A DNA stretch of 64,000 bases from Candidatus Kerfeldbacteria bacterium (GTDB taxonomy: Bacteria > Patescibacteriota > Patescibacteriia > UBA10025 > JAHIVO01), in assembly GCA_016214565.1 (NCBI GenBank), contig JACROE010000002.1, positions 344,007-408,006 of the forward strand. Direction: 5' to 3'. A model generated the notes under the pieces. That model saw only the letters and a program-made list of their open reading frames with translations, searched no databases and had not been told where the DNA came from. Both the position numbers and the translations under genes were made by a program. This document shows, piece by piece, positions 1 to 11,859 of the stretch. The stretch's first letter is position 1; each line of letters begins with the position of its first letter.

Positions 1-2
1 GG

Positions 3-668
3 CCGCACGCGCTCCTCACCAGCGGAAAACATTCGGTTGGTTACATCAACTGTCCTGAACTCTTCCAATATCCGCTCATCAAGGAAGTGATGGCCGCTCA
101 GCAGGCGCGAATCCTCATGGATGCCGGCATCGAGTTCGGCTCCATCGATTGGGTGCTGGGCTCGCCCATGGCCGGCATCACGTTCAGCGACAGTGTGGCT
201 GGATTCCTTGGCGCTCGGTCTGCCTACACCGAGGAAAAGGACGGGGTAAAAAAACTCGTCCGCTTCGGCATCAAACCCGGCGACACGGTCCTCCAGATAG
301 AGGAACTCGTCACCGAGGCGACCACGCTACGCGCTCAGCAGACGGCGCTGATGGAAGCCACTGACGGTGGTGCCAAGCTGATACCGTTTGTCGGTATCTT
401 CTTCAATCGTTCAGGCGAGACGAAATTCGGCGATCAGCAGTATGTTTCGGTCGTTGACCAGAATATGCCGCGCTGGACGCCGGAAGATTGTCCTCACTGC
501 CGCAACGGTTCTGAGGCAATCCCACCGAAGAAACCCCATTCCAATTGGGTGCGCTTGACTACAAAACCAGAGCCGCCCCTTGGCTGGAGTTGTCCGAGCT
601 GTCAGTCGGGGAATCCCGGCTCCAACACCATCTGCCAGCAGTGTGGCACTTCAAAACAGATGGCCTAA
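3..668 (+). CDS. pyrE: Orotate phosphoribosyltransferase (5'-truncated by window edge) with C-terminal RanBP2-type zinc finger
   Basis: Frame is open from base 3 (PHALLTSGKHSVGYINC, PyrE LTSG motif); PRPP-loop-like VLQIEELVTEATT; CPHC near the C-terminus; next to pyrBI. Confidence 0.85.
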   Translation, partial: PHALLTSGKHSVGYINCPELFQYPLIKEVMAAQQARILMDAGIEFGSIDWVLGSPMAGITFSDSVAGFLGARSAYTEEKDGVKKLVRFGIKPGDTVLQIEELVTEATTLRAQQTALMEATDGGAKLIPFVGIFFNRSGETKFGDQQYVSVVDQNMPRWTPEDCPHCRNGSEAIPPKKPHSNWVRLTTKPEPPLGWSCPSCQSGNPGSNTICQQCGTSKQMA

Positions 669-707
669 CCTCTGCTCATTGTCACACTATAGATACTTAC
701 CCTCTGC

Positions 708-743
708 GAGCTCTCGAACCCCCTTCGAGAGCTCTCTTTTTTT
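708..743 (+). terminator. Intrinsic terminator
   Basis: GAGCTCTCGAA/TTCGAGAGCTC stem followed by a T-run. Confidence 0.8.
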
Positions 744-858
744 CCATTTGACGCTTTGCCATGCACGTGTTACCCTCTGGTTAATTTGGACAAAAAACAA
801 AATTAACATAGTTTTCTTAACAATCTAGCCACCCTCATGGAGGGTAGGAGGTTTTGTT

Positions 859-2340
859 GTGTACACACATATCTTAAGCACCAATGACTTCACCAGCCGT
901 CAGGAAATTGAAGTCATGGTGAAGGCCGGACAAAGCATGGTAAAACATGCCTTGGCTAGAACCTACAGCACCAAATTCCCTGACAAGAAAGCAGTGCTGG
1001 CATTTTTCGAACCATCGACGAGGACGCACAAGTCCCATAAGCAGGCTGCGCTTAATCTCGGTATGCGAATCGACGAATTCTCGGGTGCTGAAGGGACATC
1101 CCTGATGAAACACGAGTCACTGGCTGATACCGCCCGGATGATTGCCGGCCAAGGTGCCGACATCCTGGTCCTGCGCGCTACCCAGGAGGGCAGTGCGCGC
1201 TGGGTGGCGGAAGTTATCGAACAGTACGGCCACCAGGTGACCGTCATCAATGGCGGTGATGGCAGAAACCAGCACCCCACCCAAACACTCCTGGATCTTC
1301 TCACGATCCTGGAGAAGAAGGGGCGCTTAGACGACCTGCATATTGGCCTGGTCGGGGACCTGGCGAATGGCCGGACAGCCGTCTCGCTGATCCAAGCGCT
1401 GAAGCATTTCGACAATATCAGGGTTACCCTGGTGGCACCGAAAGGTGCAGAGATGCTGCCGCAGTACAAGGCGGGCATCAATATCGTGTGCGAAAGCGAA
1501 TCTATGGAAGCACTGCGCGACTGCGACGTCATCTATGTGACCCGATTCCAGTTGGAGCGGATCACAGATCCAATCCTCAGACAATCGGTTCAGGGTAAAT
1601 ATGTGTTCAATAAGAAATTCTTGGACTCGTGCCAACCCGACGTCATTGTCATGCATCCACTCCCCTCAGTGGAAGAGATTGCCGCGGACATTAAGCACGA
1701 CCCCCGCATGGTCGCCTTTGAACAGGCTGAATACGGTATCCCCGCCCGAATGGCTGTTTTTGTCCGAGCCTTGCTTGATCCGTTCCAGGGCCTGGGGCAG
1801 TGGTCGCCTGATCGGGATCTGCTCAGCGAAAGTCGCGAATTTCCGATTGCGGCTGATATGAAGCCGGTGAAGTTCTTCCAGCCGATCAACCACGGCACCG
1901 TCATCGACCACATCCCGTCTGGGGAAGCGATCAATGTAATCCGCATTCTCGAATCAATCAGCTGCATTACGGATGAACTGCCGCGCCAGTTGGTGCAGCA
2001 TGTACACACCCGCAAATACGAGGGTCAAAAAGATGTCCTGCTCCTGCCGGACATCATGCTCGACCCCATCAGCGCGGCCACGGTGCAGTACATTTTCCCG
2101 GAAATAACGGTCAACGAATTCCCGGGAAACAACATCAAGGTCAAACGGACATATAAAGTCCCCTCCCATGTCGAGGGAATCTTCCGCTGCCCAAATGACA
2201 GCTGCATCACCAACCGCGAACCGGAAGCGATCTCACGGTTCCGTATCATCAATCGCTCCATGACACATTCGTCTGCCCGCTGCATCTATTGTGAGCGAGA
2301 TTTCACTCACTATCAGTTGCTCATGTGCCTGGCTGCTTAG
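859..2340 (+). CDS. pyrB: Aspartate carbamoyltransferase, catalytic-regulatory chain fusion (PyrB-PyrI)
   Basis: FFEPSTRT, HPTQ and HPLP motifs followed in frame by PyrI GTVIDHIP and the Zn site CPNDSC...CIYC; GTG start with AGGAGG SD. Confidence 0.95.
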   Translation: MYTHILSTNDFTSRQEIEVMVKAGQSMVKHALARTYSTKFPDKKAVLAFFEPSTRTHKSHKQAALNLGMRIDEFSGAEGTSLMKHESLADTARMIAGQGADILVLRATQEGSARWVAEVIEQYGHQVTVINGGDGRNQHPTQTLLDLLTILEKKGRLDDLHIGLVGDLANGRTAVSLIQALKHFDNIRVTLVAPKGAEMLPQYKAGINIVCESESMEALRDCDVIYVTRFQLERITDPILRQSVQGKYVFNKKFLDSCQPDVIVMHPLPSVEEIAADIKHDPRMVAFEQAEYGIPARMAVFVRALLDPFQGLGQWSPDRDLLSESREFPIAADMKPVKFFQPINHGTVIDHIPSGEAINVIRILESISCITDELPRQLVQHVHTRKYEGQKDVLLLPDIMLDPISAATVQYIFPEITVNEFPGNNIKVKRTYKVPSHVEGIFRCPNDSCITNREPEAISRFRIINRSMTHSSARCIYCERDFTHYQLLMCLAA

Positions 2341-2384
2341 GCCGACACAATCATCTGATGACCTTTTTCATTCAACTCTCTCAC

Positions 2385-2417
2385 CCGCCGTACCAGTCCA
2401 AGGTATGGCGGTTTTTT
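2385..2417 (+). terminator. Intrinsic terminator
   Basis: CCGCCGTACC/GGTATGGCGG stem plus T6. Confidence 0.8.
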
Positions 2418-2498
2418 ATCCTATTGACATACCATTAAAATGCACCCTACACTAAAGTAATTTATCAAAGAGCACATTCAAACCATCGGGAGAATCAT

Positions 2499-2828
2499 AT
2501 GACTGCACGTGAAGTGGTTGTCGCCATGGGCGCCCTACTAGGGTACCCTGTTTCCTGCTTCTCTTGGATCATCGCTTCCTACCGCAAACGGATAGGAAAA
2601 GGGTGGCACTTTTTCGGTATATCCCTTGGCGGGTTTGTCAGTTGGGCTATGTTGATTAGCAGTTTCTTCACGAATAGCTTTGTGAAAATTCTGCTCGTCC
2701 TGGGAAGCATTGCCCTATACCTCGCTTTGATGGGAACCTTCCTCCTCTTAGTGAGGTATTGTCAAAAATTAATTGACAAAATCGAAGCCGAACGCTACCC
2801 CCATCTCCGCTCAGTCAAACAAGTATAG
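2499..2828 (+). CDS. Small hypothetical membrane protein (about 3 TM)
   Basis: Hydrophobic segments; own TTGACA/TACACT promoter, GGAG SD and downstream terminator. Confidence 0.7.
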   Translation: MTAREVVVAMGALLGYPVSCFSWIIASYRKRIGKGWHFFGISLGGFVSWAMLISSFFTNSFVKILLVLGSIALYLALMGTFLLLVRYCQKLIDKIEAERYPHLRSVKQV

Positions 2829-2982
2829 GTAATCCTAGGCCCAATCTTGCCAGGAGGCACTCATGTCTCCTGGTTTCTTTTTGAAATTTCATTATAAATA
2901 TGGTAGAATAGCGCCCATTGAGGGCGCGAATGATCCTCTTTAATTTGTACCCACTCGCGCTCCAACCCCGTACATCAACCCT

Positions 2983-5643
2983 ATGTATCTGCAACGACTG
3001 GTCATCCAGGGATTCAAATCGTTCGCCAATAAAACTACCCTCGAATTCAAACCGGGCATCACTGCTATCGTTGGGCCGAATGGGTCAGGCAAATCAAACA
3101 CCGCCGACGCAGTGCGCTGGGTTTTGGGCGAACAAAGCCTCAAATCAATCCGCGGCAAAAAGTCCGGCGACGTCATTTTTGCTGGATCGGATAAGAAAAC
3201 CCGTTTGGGATACTGCCAAGTGGACATGATTTTGAATAATGAAGATCGCAAAGCCCCGATTGATTACTCCGAAGTCGTCATCACCCGCAAAATGTCCCGC
3301 GACGGTGAAGGGGAATACTACATCAATAAAAATAGAGTGCGCTTGCATGACATTCTCCTACTCTTAGCCAAATCTAACTTTGGCCAGCGCACCTACAGCA
3401 TCATCGGCCAGGGGACGGTAGACGCATTCTTGGCCGCCAGTCCGACCCAGCGAAAAGAATACTTTGATGAAGCCGCCGGTGTCCGCCAATTTCAGATCAA
3501 GAAAGAACAAGCAGAAAATAAGCTCAACCTAACTCGAGAAAACCTCCAACAGGCTGAATTACTGATCCAGGAAATCGAACCCCGCGTCCGTTCCCTTACC
3601 CGTCAGGTTCATCGCCTCGAGAAACGCGAAGAGGTTTTGAAAGAATTAAAAGGCATCCAACACACCTACTACACAGGCACCTGGAATGATCTCCAGCGCC
3701 AGCATGCAACCCAGGATGAAAAATTCCAAAAGACCGATGCCGCCCGTGCCAAGCTGGAACAGGATATGCGTGCCACTGAACAAGAAATGCAGGAATTAGC
3801 CGGCGGGTCATCGCGCCAAGATCGTTTCAGCGAATTACAACGCCGCTACGCAGAAATCATTGCCGAAAAAAATCGACTCTTGCGCGACCAAGCCTCACTC
3901 AAGGGGAGAATCGACAGTGCCCGACACCAATCGGGCGACGTCAATACGGTTTGGCTCGAACGTCGTCAGGAACAGCTCACCGGTACTCAGTCTTCGCTCG
4001 AAGCAGCGGTTACTGCCGCACATACTGAAGTAACTGAGCAACAAATGATTGTTGCCGCGGCTGAAAAAAAATGCCAAACCCTCGAGAGCGATTATCGCAC
4101 CACCAGTGAACGTTTAACCGCGGCAAAAGACGAACTGACAACCAGCAAAGCGATCACCGTTCCTGAAATCGCCACTGAGCTTGAGCTGATTTACGACCGC
4201 CAAAAAACTCTACTCGAGCATCTCCAAGCAACCACGACGCCCGATGACCTCCGTAGCCTGACTGCCGAGGCGCAGGCGCTCTCCAGCCAAATCGCCCAAC
4301 TCCGCCATAAAGTGCAAAAGTCTGGCACCGGGGACCCGCTTGCCGTGATGCAACTCCAAGAATCGATCACCACCATTCTCCGTGAAAAAGAATCCGCCAC
4401 CCATACGCTGACCACCGCCCAGGTAAAATTACACGTAGCTCAAGAAAAAGAAGCGATGCTCCAGGGACAATATGGACAAACGAAATCAGAGCTGGAAACC
4501 GTCACAAAAGAAATAGAGCGGAGCGGCCAGTCATCGGATAGCGCTACATCCAGCATGCAAACAGAGCTCAAAGATCTCCAGAAAAAAGTGGCTGACCTGG
4601 ATGCACAATTAAACAAAATCAATGCTGAATTCAGCGGATTTAATGAACAGGAGCAGGCTCAGAAAGAAAAGGTATTTGCTTTACAACAGAAACTCCACGA
4701 ACAACAGCAATCACTCAATGCCATTACCACGACCTTGGGCGAAATCCGAGTCGAGCTCGCAAAACTTGAGACGCGCCAGGAAGATCTCGAGCGCGAAATG
4801 GTAGATGAATTATCCGATGAAGAGCGCGACGCTATCTATGCCACCAGCTCCAAGGCATCACCACAACCAGAATTATTTAATGATATCCAAAAACTGAAAA
4901 AACAACTGGAACTTATCGGCGGCATCGACACCCAGGTGGCAGAAGAATATCAGCAATCAAAAGAACGGTATGATTTCCTGACCCACCAGAGCAACGACTT
5001 GAACGCAGCCATCGCTGACCTAGAAAAAATTATTGCCGAATTAGACGAAACCATTAAAGCCCAATTTACCAAGGCGTTTGAACAAATTAGTAAACAATTT
5101 ACCGAATACTTCAAGATTCTGTTCAAAGGTGGCAACGCCAGCCTAAGCCTCGTTAAAGAAGAACTACCCGCGCCGGGCAGCGAAATTGATGACGAAGATG
5201 CCGAAGAAGCAGCGGAGGATGACGAAGATGCCGAAGAAGCAGCGGAGCCGCAGCCAGCTCAAAAAGGCACCGGCGAAAAAGTGGTAACCGGAATTGATAT
5301 CCATGCCACCCCGCCCGGCAAACGCCTCCGCGGTATTAGTATGCTTTCTGGTGGCGAGCGCGCTATGACCTCAATCGCCTTACTCTGCGCAATTATTCAC
5401 AACAATCCGTCACCCTTCGTCATTCTGGACGAAGTAGATGCGGCATTGGACGAATCGAACTCCCTGCGTTTTGCCTCCATCGTTGAACGATTATCCTCAA
5501 AAACTCAGTTCATTATCATCACCCATAATCGAGCAACCATGAATAAAGCGCGTATCCTCTATGGCGTCACCATGGGCGATGACGGGGTCTCGAAGCTCCT
5601 CTCCATGAACATGGAGCAAGCTGAGAAAATCGTTAATCGCTAA
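2983..5643 (+). CDS. smc: SMC-family chromosome segregation ATPase (short, no recognisable hinge)
   Basis: GFKSF, Walker A GPNGSGKSN, long coiled coil, LSGGE signature, LDEVDAALD, ITH. Confidence 0.93.
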   Translation: MYLQRLVIQGFKSFANKTTLEFKPGITAIVGPNGSGKSNTADAVRWVLGEQSLKSIRGKKSGDVIFAGSDKKTRLGYCQVDMILNNEDRKAPIDYSEVVITRKMSRDGEGEYYINKNRVRLHDILLLLAKSNFGQRTYSIIGQGTVDAFLAASPTQRKEYFDEAAGVRQFQIKKEQAENKLNLTRENLQQAELLIQEIEPRVRSLTRQVHRLEKREEVLKELKGIQHTYYTGTWNDLQRQHATQDEKFQKTDAARAKLEQDMRATEQEMQELAGGSSRQDRFSELQRRYAEIIAEKNRLLRDQASLKGRIDSARHQSGDVNTVWLERRQEQLTGTQSSLEAAVTAAHTEVTEQQMIVAAAEKKCQTLESDYRTTSERLTAAKDELTTSKAITVPEIATELELIYDRQKTLLEHLQATTTPDDLRSLTAEAQALSSQIAQLRHKVQKSGTGDPLAVMQLQESITTILREKESATHTLTTAQVKLHVAQEKEAMLQGQYGQTKSELETVTKEIERSGQSSDSATSSMQTELKDLQKKVADLDAQLNKINAEFSGFNEQEQAQKEKVFALQQKLHEQQQSLNAITTTLGEIRVELAKLETRQEDLEREMVDELSDEERDAIYATSSKASPQPELFNDIQKLKKQLELIGGIDTQVAEEYQQSKERYDFLTHQSNDLNAAIADLEKIIAELDETIKAQFTKAFEQISKQFTEYFKILFKGGNASLSLVKEELPAPGSEIDDEDAEEAAEDDEDAEEAAEPQPAQKGTGEKVVTGIDIHATPPGKRLRGISMLSGGERAMTSIALLCAIIHNNPSPFVILDEVDAALDESNSLRFASIVERLSSKTQFIIITHNRATMNKARILYGVTMGDDGVSKLLSMNMEQAEKIVNR
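5188..5247 (+). repeat. Perfect 30-bp tandem duplication inside smc (DDEDAEEAAE x2)
   Basis: GATGACGAAGATGCCGAAGAAGCAGCGGAG repeated twice. Confidence 0.95.
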
Positions 5644-5686
5644 GAGTCTTGACAGGATACCCCCTTTTCACTACCATACACCTACT

Positions 5687-6028
5687 ATGTTAATGATTCG
5701 CTTATCTCGAGTCGGAAAAAAGAAGCACCCCCTGTATCGGGTTATCGTTTCAGAGAAAACCAAGGATACCACGGGCGACTATCTTGAACTGCTCGGAACC
5801 TATAATCCACACACGCGTGAAACCAATCTGAAGGTTGATCGGGTAAAACACTGGCTCTCCCATGGCGCCCAAGCCTCAGGGACTGTTCATAACTTACTGG
5901 TTGATCAAAAATTGGTAACCACGGCAAAAGTCAAAGTGGCAAACATCAAAAAGAAGGCCGCTCCTGAAGGGGAGTCGAAACCTGCCGCAGCGCCAGCCGC
6001 ACCAGCGACTCCGCCTGCAGCTGCCTAA
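5687..6028 (+). CDS. rpsP: 30S ribosomal protein S16
   Basis: MLMIRLSRVGKKKHPLYRVIV...LGTYNP...GAQAS. Confidence 0.98.
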   Translation: MLMIRLSRVGKKKHPLYRVIVSEKTKDTTGDYLELLGTYNPHTRETNLKVDRVKHWLSHGAQASGTVHNLLVDQKLVTTAKVKVANIKKKAAPEGESKPAAAPAAPATPPAAA

Positions 6029-6143
6029 AAGCTAGGCCACTGCATATCCTTCCCCTTGCTCAAATAGAGTTGTTTACACGCATGGAGGGAGTTCACTAAT
6101 ACGCATGTTACTCATGCGGGTATATTTTATTTTAAGATTATAT

Positions 6144-8309
6144 ATGAAAAAAATTAATTTCAGCATTGCCCTGTTTGCCCTCTTGATAGCGCCGCTCCAA
6201 AGCAGCGGCCTCATCGCGCCTGAACTGATCGCAGAGGAAATTGATACGTCAATCCAAATTCAAGAACCGGTTCAAGACCCGGGGATTGTAGCGACATCAG
6301 CATACGCGCATCAGCGACATGAACCCACCTCCACCGCTACTCCGGCACGCTACCTTCAAGAGCGAACACTGCGCTGGCCAACCCTCCGTCTGATTGAGGA
6401 TAGTTTTGTCGCAACAAAGGTGAGCACCACCAATGTCATCCCCACGGTCGGCATGGTTATTACCGACAATACCACCCTCGAACCAGGCACCTATAGTAAT
6501 AATGTGCCCGGTAGCACCTTTATTACCATTGCTGCGGATAATGTGACGCTCGATTGTAATGGTGCCATCCTCGAGGACGTTACACCTAATCATCTGACTG
6601 ACGGTATTAAAATCGCATCAGGCCTCAATAATGTCACCGTGACCAATTGCACGCTAAAAAATATGTTTTTGGGCATTATCTCGGGCAGTAGCGATCCCGA
6701 TGGCCCGATCAGCACTGGTCTGACGATCACCCAAAATACATTTTTACAATACGCCACCGATGTTGAGCTCTACTATCTCAACTACTGGAGCCACCTCATG
6801 ATTAGAAATACCAATAATTCAGAAATCTCCTACAACAGGTCAGAACCGTTTGATGTTAAACGGCACTGGGCCAACGGCATTTTCATGAGCCTCTGGGAAT
6901 CCGACCACAATGATGTGCACCATAACACCAGCGTAAGTATGACCGGCATTCATGTGACGCTGAATTCTGACAGTAATAATATCCATGACAATGAATTTGG
7001 CTTCAGCTACTGGCAGAATGGTGGCATAGAGATTGACCGTGCCAGTGATTCGAATAACATCCACCATAATCAAGCTAGTTACTACAATTATGAGCCAACG
7101 TCGCCAACCCTTGCGGGAAGTGGCATCATGCTACATGGATTCACCGCATCGGACGCTCCACGGTACCAGGAGGCAGCCCATCATAACATTATCACCGACA
7201 ACACCACCGTCAGTAACTATAAAATGATCTCAGCTATTTCTCTGGTGCACGACGCGCATGATAATCTAATCACTCGCAATACCGTGAATGGTGCCTATGT
7301 TGGTATCGAGGCCTATTTTGGCCAAACTGATGCTGGTGGATCACCCACTTATTATTTCCCGCACCACAACACGATCGACGGTAATTCCACTGTCCAATAC
7401 GACCCCAATACCAATACCGAGGGAGTCTGGCTCGGAAACGGAACACATCACTTCACGATCACCAACAACACATACACCGGTGGCTACCATGGTGTACGAG
7501 CCATGTACTTGGTGGGTAGTACGGAAGCGCCACAGGTGCCTATCACTGATATGGTTATCCAAGATAATCGTATGTTAAATATGGTTTCCTTCGGACTATT
7601 CAACCCTAATGAAGATGTGATTGAACGGTGGAATATTTATCATAATTACTTTTCACACAATGGCTCTGATCCGAATCTGATTGATGGTGCCCTCGAGCTC
7701 CAGAGTTCATCTTCAGAAATATTTGCCTACGAGAACACATTTATAGATAATGGACTCAATGGGGAAGGAAATTACGATCAATTATGGAGCTCGCCTCAAA
7801 CCCAACTCCAACGCGAAGGGCGTGGCAATTACTATAGTGACTATGACGAGCCCGGTGAAGGATGCAACGATACTGATCTCAATGGCATCTGTGATCTCCC
7901 GCGAAATTTTTCCACCGGGGCAGTTGATGCCAACCCGCTGGTCAATCCCACCTTCTGCGCCAATAACAATTGCCCACCCGTGTTTAGACCGATCGCGCCA
8001 CTCACCGTCAATGAGCAAGACATGGCGATCATCTGGGTGAATGCGTACGATTACGAACATGATCCGCTCACCATCACCGTAAGCGATAAACGATTCCAAT
8101 CGTATGATGGATGTTGGCCAGGACGCAATGCCTGGGTCTGGTGGACTAATATTGATAGCAGCGGAACGTACCCCGTCACCGTGACCGTCAGCGATGGCGT
8201 CAATCAAGTACAGCAATCAACGGTCGTCACCGTTCGCGATACCTGTTTCAAAGATAAATGGGGGAGGATGCGTTGCTTAAATTATGCGCAACGAGTTTCC
8301 TGTTATTAA
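6144..8309 (+). CDS. Secreted right-handed beta-helix (NosD/pectin-lyase-like) protein with C-terminal Ig/cadherin-like domain
   Basis: Signal peptide MKKINFSIAL; ITIAADNVTLDCNG; Asn-ladder repeats; GNYYSDY...DLNGICD NosD-like motif; start could alternatively be 6105. Confidence 0.8.
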   Translation: MKKINFSIALFALLIAPLQSSGLIAPELIAEEIDTSIQIQEPVQDPGIVATSAYAHQRHEPTSTATPARYLQERTLRWPTLRLIEDSFVATKVSTTNVIPTVGMVITDNTTLEPGTYSNNVPGSTFITIAADNVTLDCNGAILEDVTPNHLTDGIKIASGLNNVTVTNCTLKNMFLGIISGSSDPDGPISTGLTITQNTFLQYATDVELYYLNYWSHLMIRNTNNSEISYNRSEPFDVKRHWANGIFMSLWESDHNDVHHNTSVSMTGIHVTLNSDSNNIHDNEFGFSYWQNGGIEIDRASDSNNIHHNQASYYNYEPTSPTLAGSGIMLHGFTASDAPRYQEAAHHNIITDNTTVSNYKMISAISLVHDAHDNLITRNTVNGAYVGIEAYFGQTDAGGSPTYYFPHHNTIDGNSTVQYDPNTNTEGVWLGNGTHHFTITNNTYTGGYHGVRAMYLVGSTEAPQVPITDMVIQDNRMLNMVSFGLFNPNEDVIERWNIYHNYFSHNGSDPNLIDGALELQSSSSEIFAYENTFIDNGLNGEGNYDQLWSSPQTQLQREGRGNYYSDYDEPGEGCNDTDLNGICDLPRNFSTGAVDANPLVNPTFCANNNCPPVFRPIAPLTVNEQDMAIIWVNAYDYEHDPLTITVSDKRFQSYDGCWPGRNAWVWWTNIDSSGTYPVTVTVSDGVNQVQQSTVVTVRDTCFKDKWGRMRCLNYAQRVSCY

Positions 8310-8429
8310 CTCATTGCTTGACACCCTCCCGGCGGCATTGATATCCTACTGGTACGCCAGCGCTGTGTTGGTCGACGCACCTGGTCATGCACTTTACACG
8401 ATTAATCAGTAACTAACGAATCGACGAAC

Positions 8430-8783
8430 ATGGCTGCAGAAAAAGACCAAGAGTTTGTCGAGTACGTGGTCAAAGCCCTCGTTGACCGTCCGGAAGATGT
8501 TTCATCTGACCGAACCGTCGACGAGATGGGCGTGTTAATCACTCTCAAAGTGAACCCCCAGGACCTCGGCCAAGTAATTGGTCGCCAGGGCCAAACGGCA
8601 AAAGCGGTACGCACCTTGCTCCGCGTTGTCGGCGCCAAGAACCACGCACGCGTCAACTTAAAGATTCATGAACCCGAAGGTTACCGCAAAGGCAACCGGG
8701 GCGGTTCACGAGACGAAGGATCGCGAACATCGGGTCCACAAGAAGAAGCTGATACTTCAGCTGTCGATGACCTCAAAATATAA
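8430..8783 (+). CDS. khpA: KH-domain RNA-binding protein (KhpA/UPF0109)
   Basis: DLGQVIGRQGQTAKAVRTLL motif; rpsP-trmD context. Confidence 0.93.
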   Translation: MAAEKDQEFVEYVVKALVDRPEDVSSDRTVDEMGVLITLKVNPQDLGQVIGRQGQTAKAVRTLLRVVGAKNHARVNLKIHEPEGYRKGNRGGSRDEGSRTSGPQEEADTSAVDDLKI

Positions 8784-8856
8784 GATTTGACTTATCAAGT
8801 CACCAACAAACCGTTCCGGTATACCCGTGACGGTTTTTGGTTTATACTACCTTCAT

Positions 8857-9513
8857 ATGTACCGATTCGACTTACTCACCATCTTCCCTGACATTTTTGA
8901 CTCGTATCTCGGGGCAAGCATCCTCAAACGCGCCCAATCAAAAAAACTGATCGAGGTGCACGTCCATGATATTCGGAAATTCGCCACTGACAAGCACCAC
9001 ACGACCGACGATCGCCCCTACGGTGGCGGCCCGGGCATGGTGATGAAGGTGGAGCCGATCTTCCGCTGTCTAAAATCTATCAGACGCAAAAGAAAGTCAC
9101 GCATTATTCTGCTGTCGGCAAAAGGAAAGACGTTTGATCAAGCCGCGGCGAAGAACTATGCAAAAAAATACGACCAGCTCATTCTCATCGCGGGGCATTA
9201 TGAAGGCGTCGATGAACGAATCATGAAATACGTGGACGAAGAAGTGTCCATTGGTAATTATATACTCACCGGTGGGGAGCTGCCGAGCTTGAATATTGTC
9301 GACGCTGTATCACGGCTATTGCCCGGCGTCCTGGGGGATGACACCTCATCGCACGACGAATCATTTAGCTCACCCAACTACCGAGAATACCCCCACTACA
9401 CACGCCCCGAAGTCTTCCGTGGTGCACGCGTCCCGCGAGAGCTCCGCTCGGGTAACCACCGAGTCATCGAGGAGTGGCGAAAACGCCATCAAACGTCAAA
9501 ACGTTCGTCTTGA
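8857..9513 (+). CDS. trmD: tRNA (guanine-N1)-methyltransferase
   Basis: DDRPYGGGPGMVMK, GHYEGVDER, SIGNYILTGGE, EYPHYTRP. Confidence 0.97.
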   Translation: MYRFDLLTIFPDIFDSYLGASILKRAQSKKLIEVHVHDIRKFATDKHHTTDDRPYGGGPGMVMKVEPIFRCLKSIRRKRKSRIILLSAKGKTFDQAAAKNYAKKYDQLILIAGHYEGVDERIMKYVDEEVSIGNYILTGGELPSLNIVDAVSRLLPGVLGDDTSSHDESFSSPNYREYPHYTRPEVFRGARVPRELRSGNHRVIEEWRKRHQTSKRSS

Positions 9514-9541
9514 CCTAGTTAGAATCTGATTTCTAACGGGG

Positions 9542-9570
9542 TTGACACTCCGCTACAAATCCTCTACAAT
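9542..9570 (+). promoter_or_regulatory. Sigma70 promoter of the 16S rRNA
   Basis: TTGACA-17bp-TACAAT. Confidence 0.8.
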
Positions 9571-9982
9571 AATCCACACCACGATTGGGTGGCAAATATT
9601 TCGCTAAGTTGACATAAAAAACGAAAGGAAATGGCCTAGCGAGCATAATCATTACGAAAACTTCAAGATTTCTTCGTGATATTGTGCATCCTGAGCTACT
9701 CGGGATTTTTTATTTAAACTCTGATGCGAACTATGCCGTGGAGTGCACCTGCGTTCAAGCCAGGATGTCCTCAACAAAGCACGGCGCGCCATCACCATCG
9801 ATTTGGAGTCCGTTGACAACTGAAAAGTGGTAAGAATATTACCAGATTCCACGGTTATTATCACGCGCGAAGAGCGCTGGTAAGGAATCACAACCTGTTT
9901 TGATCACTTCAGGTTAAGAAAAAGTGACATAAGTAATATAGAGCTATTTCATCCGGCAAGGCCGGATGAAACGAATTCTCTT

Positions 9983-11470
<1,488 letters not shown>

Positions 11471-11686
11471 CTAAGGAGTAACTGCTCACAGAACTTCACG
11501 GTTCTGATGGGCACACTGGTCGTCTATCCGCCCGCAAGGGCGAGATACACAGTCGGAACTCTGGCCAATTCTTATCGCTTTTCAGCTGTCACATGGATGC
11601 AAATGAAGACACAGCTCGTATTGTGCTTTTCTCAGGAAACCTGCTAGAATGTGAAGCAATCAATAGCTGTGTTTTTTTATTTACAG

Positions 11687-11804
11687 GGGCGACTAGCTCA
11701 GCTCCGACGCAAGGTCGGAGCCCCGACTTCCCGAAATTCGGGAACGTCGGGGATGGTTACCCGCTCGAACGACTGGCGTCGTCCAGTCGGGCGGGGAGCG
11801 CGTC
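11687..11804 (+). pseudogene. 5' fragment of tRNA-Ile interrupted by two hairpin insertions
   Basis: Removing 11702-11752 and 11760-11795 gives GGGCGACTAGCTCAGATGGTTAGAGCGCGTC, identical to the first 31 nt of tRNA-Ile at 11860. Confidence 0.92.
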
Positions 11805-11859
11805 GCGCTAGGATAAATAAAAAAACCAAGTGGCCATTTACATACTTTCTGCTGATCGC

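Noticed and set aside
11687-11804. Intron-containing or split functional tRNA
   Set aside because: No anticodon loop, T-arm or 3' acceptor follows; inserts are too short for group I/II introns; an intact copy lies downstream
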